DNA of 64,000 nt from Lytechinus pictus (Eukaryota). Numbering within the stretch: position 1 is the stretch's first letter; every line of letters starts with the position of its first letter. The stretch covers positions 4,838,001 to 4,902,000 of the forward strand of contig NC_087251.1 in NCBI RefSeq assembly GCF_037042905.1, in the 5' to 3' direction. Below the pieces are notes generated by a model. It was not told the origin of the DNA. It made no database searches and saw only the letters and a list, made by a program, of their open reading frames with translations. Position numbers and translations under genes: made by a program. This document shows, one piece after another, positions 62,527 to 64,000 of this stretch.

Positions 62527-63148
62527 ATGGTGAGACTACCACATATCGACCACCTCTTTTGAAACCGACCACCTTGCGCGCATTAAAATTATTGCGTATT
62601 ACAAGCGAGAGAGTAGGCGCAGTGTCCATAGAAACGGTAAGAATCGAATTTACGAGAAAAAAAGAAGCAACAAAAAGTAAAAATTTTGTAGAATTAATCG
62701 AAATTGTATTGATCAAACCCAAAACCCGCTGAAAAACCAAGAAATCCGATAGGAAACGGCTTTAGAACAAATATCCGTCGTCAATCGTCGAATCATGCGC
62801 CGAGCTCGCAGTGGAAGTAGTGAAGCGATCATTTAGCATGTTGACGTCATGGAACTGATTTGAAAGAGTAAAAATATTTCGCCACCGCGACAAGAATCGG
62901 CCGTAAACTTAGTGTACCGCGGGTGGTCGGTTTCAAAAGACGGGTGCAAATGAGCAAATGGAAAATCGTCGCATTCGTTGATCGTCGATATATACGCGGA
63001 TTGAATCGGAGTCGCCGAGCGAAACATGGGAATCTGATCTGCTCAATTTTCTGCACAAATGAGACGAAAACTGGGTAAAATTGATGAATATTTTCGCAGA
63101 TACGATGCTTAGAAGATTAGGTGGTCGATAAGGGGTAGTTCCAACCAT
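62527..63148. mobile_element. CpG-rich TIR element
   Basis: ATGGTGAGACTACCACATATCGACCACC is inverted to GGTGGTCGATAAGGGGTAGTTCCAACCAT. Internal IR TCTTTTGAAACCGACCACC / GGTGGTCGGTTTCAAAAGA. Confidence 0.65.
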
Positions 63149-63422
63149 ACTCCCCGGTCCGGTTCTTCTTCTTCCTGTAATAAAGTACAGACTGCCGGTT
63201 GTGAAAGTTAACGACGTAAACTTAAAGTATGCCCTTAAAGTTAGACTGGTAATCGGCTGTTTCGGAGGAGTTTAAAAAAAAACATATGCTGATTTTTTTT
63301 CTCCTACACAGACAGATGTCTGCCATAGGCATAGGGCATAGCCATGCCATGGCATAAGCCCCCGATAGGGCTCATATTTATGCCATGGCATGGGATGGCA
63401 CTCACGCGTATGGTAGTGTGAC

Positions 63423-63864
63423 CAGTGCTTCCACTTTTCAAAACGGAACTTCCTGGAATTTACTCTGAAAGTTCTTGTATTGTAATTTTACTAAACATCC
63501 TGGAATTTTCTGAACGGTTCTCCAGTCTTCCATTATAAGTTATATAATTCTCTTCTAATATACACACACACAAAATGAAATATATTATACAATTTATAGG
63601 GCCCAGTGCCGTAATTGAGCCAAAAATGTTGAGGGGGCAAAACATGTCGTAACAGGAAAAGTTAATCAAAAGTCGCGAGCGAGCAAAAATTTTGATATTT
63701 TAATTAAAATGATCCAATTTTGTGATAGAGTTTGACATAATATTCAGATAATATGATATCATTCTCGAAAATGATATAGGCCTACTTCCTGGAATTGGAA
63801 TTCCTCACTTCCTGGAATGATACTGGAAAATAGCAAAATTTCCTGGAATTTCCTGGAAGCACTG
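63423..63864. mobile_element. hAT MITE with TTCCTGGAA subterminal repeats
   Basis: CAGTGCTTCCA / TGGAAGCACTG. Perfect 8-bp TSD AGTGTGAC. Confidence 0.85.
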
Positions 63865-64000
63865 AGTGTGACCTTAAATTTCCACGTTACCTAATTTTGC
63901 GCACGGTCAAATACCTCAATATCTAATTAATATTTTGAAAAACTGATATCACCAACAGAAAGAGCGACTTAATATTACCCAGTATAGTAATTTTTTTGAA

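Overview
AT-rich, intron-rich, transposon-dense animal genomic DNA. The repeat families resemble those of an echinoderm or sea urchin, which is an inference. I reconstructed two spliced genes by hand. One is a 3-exon two-pore-domain K+ channel (K2P/KCNK, minus strand, 17473->11608, about 349 aa). The other is a 10-exon RRP36 rRNA-processing gene (plus strand, about 27529->52532, about 241 aa; exon 1 is tentative and one exon is a 16-nt microexon). Two further candidate first exons lie at 4166-4439 (-) and 59671-59840 (+). The rest is mostly mobile DNA: a young 5'-truncated CR1-group LINE, hAT/Harbinger/Kolobok/Tc1-type MITEs with visible TSDs, two Helentron-type (HINE/Tsp-like) elements and SINEs. 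Three structures stand out. (1) A head-to-tail ~400-bp repeat inside (TA)n whose two copies each carry a complete 72-nt tRNA cloverleaf with a UCA (UGA-reading) anticodon, Pol III A/B boxes and a T6 terminator. (2) A 3.7-kb pile of TAG...CTA-terminated elements, including a defective AcademH-type element with a RecQ-helicase remnant and a 9-bp TSD, repeatedly inserted at the same GGGCCGGG|TAG site and into each other's ends. (3) A 7.4-kb foldback/MULE-like element with satellite-bearing arms, ending about 105 bp upstream of the putative RRP36 start codon. Most ORFs in the supplied track are spurious.
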